Assembly (NCBI GenBank): GCA_020053475.1
Contig: JAGVNC010000019.1
Coordinates: 1 to 56,700 of the forward strand
DNA: 56,700 bases
Direction of reading: 5' to 3'
Source: Candidatus Omnitrophota bacterium
GTDB taxonomy: Bacteria; Omnitrophota; Gorgyraeia; Zapsychrales; Zapsychraceae
This document shows, one piece after another, positions 55,368-56,700 of the stretch; the first letter of the stretch is position 1, and every line of letters begins with the position of its first letter. A model generated the notes under the pieces. It was given only the letters and a program-made list of their open reading frames with translations. It was not told where the DNA came from and ran no database searches. Both the position numbers and the translations under genes were made by a program.

Positions 55368-55508
55368 ATATATCGAATGCCAGCAAAAACCAATACCGTC
55401 TTAGCAATTTTAAGCGCCAAAGGCACCGGCCCGTCGTGGGGTGGGCTAAAGCCTGGTACCAAATTACCCGCGCACGAAGCATTGTTCCCGAGGTTGGAGG
55501 TGGAGTAG
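55351..55508 (+). pseudogene. Second, internally deleted copy of the metG 3' end
   Basis: 55351-78 matches 53779-53806, and 55379-55508 matches 53916-54045. A 109-nt internal deletion causes a frameshift. The last 43 codons differ at 17 of 129 nt, mostly synonymously. Confidence 0.85.
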
Positions 55509-55512
55509 AAAA

Positions 55513-55977
55513 ATGACTAATCAAAATAGATTTTTAAGCTTCTCAGATGAATATAGGGAATGTGTAGCTAATTGGCGATTTATAATTGGTACTCGTTTTA
55601 CAATTTTAGGTTTTTATTTAACATTTAATGCTGCATTTTTATTCCAGGTGTTAAGTCCAGAAATAGAAAATTTATATGCTAAATTAATTATTTCATTAGT
55701 AGCCTTAGGTACTTCAATGTTCATACTTTGTCTTCAGATTAGAAATCGAGAACTTTATTTTCAGTGCGTTGAAAGAGCTAAGCAAATTGAAAGTAATAAG
55801 GAAAGCATGCAGACCCTAATGGTATTAATGGATGATCCTAAGATTATTCATAAGTCTTCTGGTTATGGACTTCATACAGTAGGATTATACGGCTTGCATT
55901 GGCTTGGGATTATAATTTGGTTAATTTTAGCCTTCATATATTCGTTCCAGTTTTTTTCATGCCCATGCTTAAAATAG
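55513..55977 (+). CDS. Hypothetical multi-pass membrane protein (AT-rich)
   Basis: 3-4 predicted TM helices with no recognisable family. The start lies 5 nt after the pseudo-metG stop, so the SD GGAGGTGGAG comes from the metG tail. Confidence 0.5.
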   Translation: MTNQNRFLSFSDEYRECVANWRFIIGTRFTILGFYLTFNAAFLFQVLSPEIENLYAKLIISLVALGTSMFILCLQIRNRELYFQCVERAKQIESNKESMQTLMVLMDDPKIIHKSSGYGLHTVGLYGLHWLGIIIWLILAFIYSFQFFSCPCLK

Positions 55978-56045
55978 AAGAATATGAGAAATAGATATGA
56001 ATTTCGAGACCACCCGAACTCGTAGCATACGTTCCCTCATTTAAA

Positions 56046-56498
56046 ATGAAAGAAATAAAACAAGCAAAATCAGGTTTAGGTTATTTAGATATCAATCTAT
56101 CGCAGAATAGCTTATCCATCACTAAAGCATTTTTCTGGCAGATTAAACATAACTCCGGCCAGATAGAAGTTAGTCTTAAAATAGGGAGATATAAAAAGAA
56201 TGCAAAAGTAATTTGGTTAGTTGATGGGCCAGTTTGTAGTGATCCAAAAAGCGAAATCACATTAAATGAAAAAGAATGGAAGGCTATGGTAGACTTTATT
56301 TCCGAAAATCATCAACCAATAAAAGACAATGTAAAATATTATATCCCGTTTAATGAGAAATTTGATGCTACGAGTATTAAGCATTTAAAAGCAATTTTTA
56401 ACAATGAAGAGAAGAAAACAGTGCTAGATTTTATTACTCCCCGAAGGGGCAGAATACCACGGGCTTGCCCGTGGATGAATGTTGAGGAGCCGATATGA
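56046..56498 (+). CDS. Hypothetical protein (AT-rich); 3' end probably read-through into an IS end
   Basis: No recognisable family. The last ~20 codons are encoded by GC-rich hairpin DNA (56439-56474). Confidence 0.4.
   Translation: MKEIKQAKSGLGYLDINLSQNSLSITKAFFWQIKHNSGQIEVSLKIGRYKKNAKVIWLVDGPVCSDPKSEITLNEKEWKAMVDFISENHQPIKDNVKYYIPFNEKFDATSIKHLKAIFNNEEKKTVLDFITPRRGRIPRACPWMNVEEPI
56439..56474. repeat. Two short GC hairpins upstream of the tnpA fragment (candidate IS200/IS605 left-end structure)
   Basis: cccc-gaa-gggg at 56439-49 and ccacgggc-tt-gcccgtgg at 56457-74. Confidence 0.5.
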
Positions 56499-56510
56499 TA
56501 GAATGTGGGA

Positions 56511-56654
56511 ATGGAAAATCGATTTTCTGGGCACGGTGTATATCGAGCGCAATATCATATCGTTTGGGCAACAAAATATCGGCGACGAATCCTGAATCCT
56601 GGGATGATCTTCCCCCGAAAAAGTGGACACTATGAAGAGTTGGTGTTAGGGTAA
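56511..56654 (+). pseudogene. tnpA: Truncated IS200/IS605-family (Y1) transposase TnpA
   Basis: Hand translation gives MENRFSGHGVYRAQYHIVWATKYRRRILNPG. The segment YHIVWATKYRRRIL is the N-terminal TnpA signature. Similarity then stops and a stop codon follows after 47 aa. Confidence 0.6.
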
Positions 56655-56700
56655 AAGCCAGCTCAGAAGGGGGTGTCCGATGGTAGGAGAAAACGGAAAA

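Overview
A 56.7 kb bacterial chromosomal segment, almost entirely co-directional on the + strand; only ppiD and one small ORF lie on the - strand. It is mostly housekeeping. The cell envelope is diderm: bamA-skp-lpxD-lpxC/fabZ-lpxA-lpxI and lolCE/lolD. Three blocks keep the Bacillus-type gene order: ispE-spoVG-glmU-prs-ctc-pth-rpsF-ssb-rpsR-rplI-dnaB, then mcsA-mcsB-clpC-radA-yacL-ispD-ispF-cysE-cysS, then tmk-holB-ricT-metG. This points to an uncultivated diderm lineage, possibly Omnitrophota-like, but that is speculation. No CRISPR array, rRNA or intact transposase is present; there is one tRNA-Gln(UUG).

Accessory content sits in three places:
- Window start: an IS3 transposase tail, a HEPN/Ymh-type gene, an AlbA_2/HATPase regulator and its shattered paralogue.
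- Between cysS and tmk: a compact zeta-toxin-like ATPase plus an overlapping small gene.
- Window end: a Fic/HTH cassette bracketed by a duplicated metG 3' end, followed by AT-rich cargo and an IS200/IS605 tnpA fragment.

The least-explained signals are non-coding:
- A family of modular palindromic (REP/MITE-like) elements occupies many operon junctions.
- Between cysE and cysS is an array of three hairpins that share a near-identical 27-nt core. Their stems are unrelated but each self-complementary, and one core is inverted.
- The two metG 3'-end copies differ almost only at synonymous sites, a hallmark of site-specific integration into the metG 3' end.

All calls come from reading the sequence and the ORF track. 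No database search was run.
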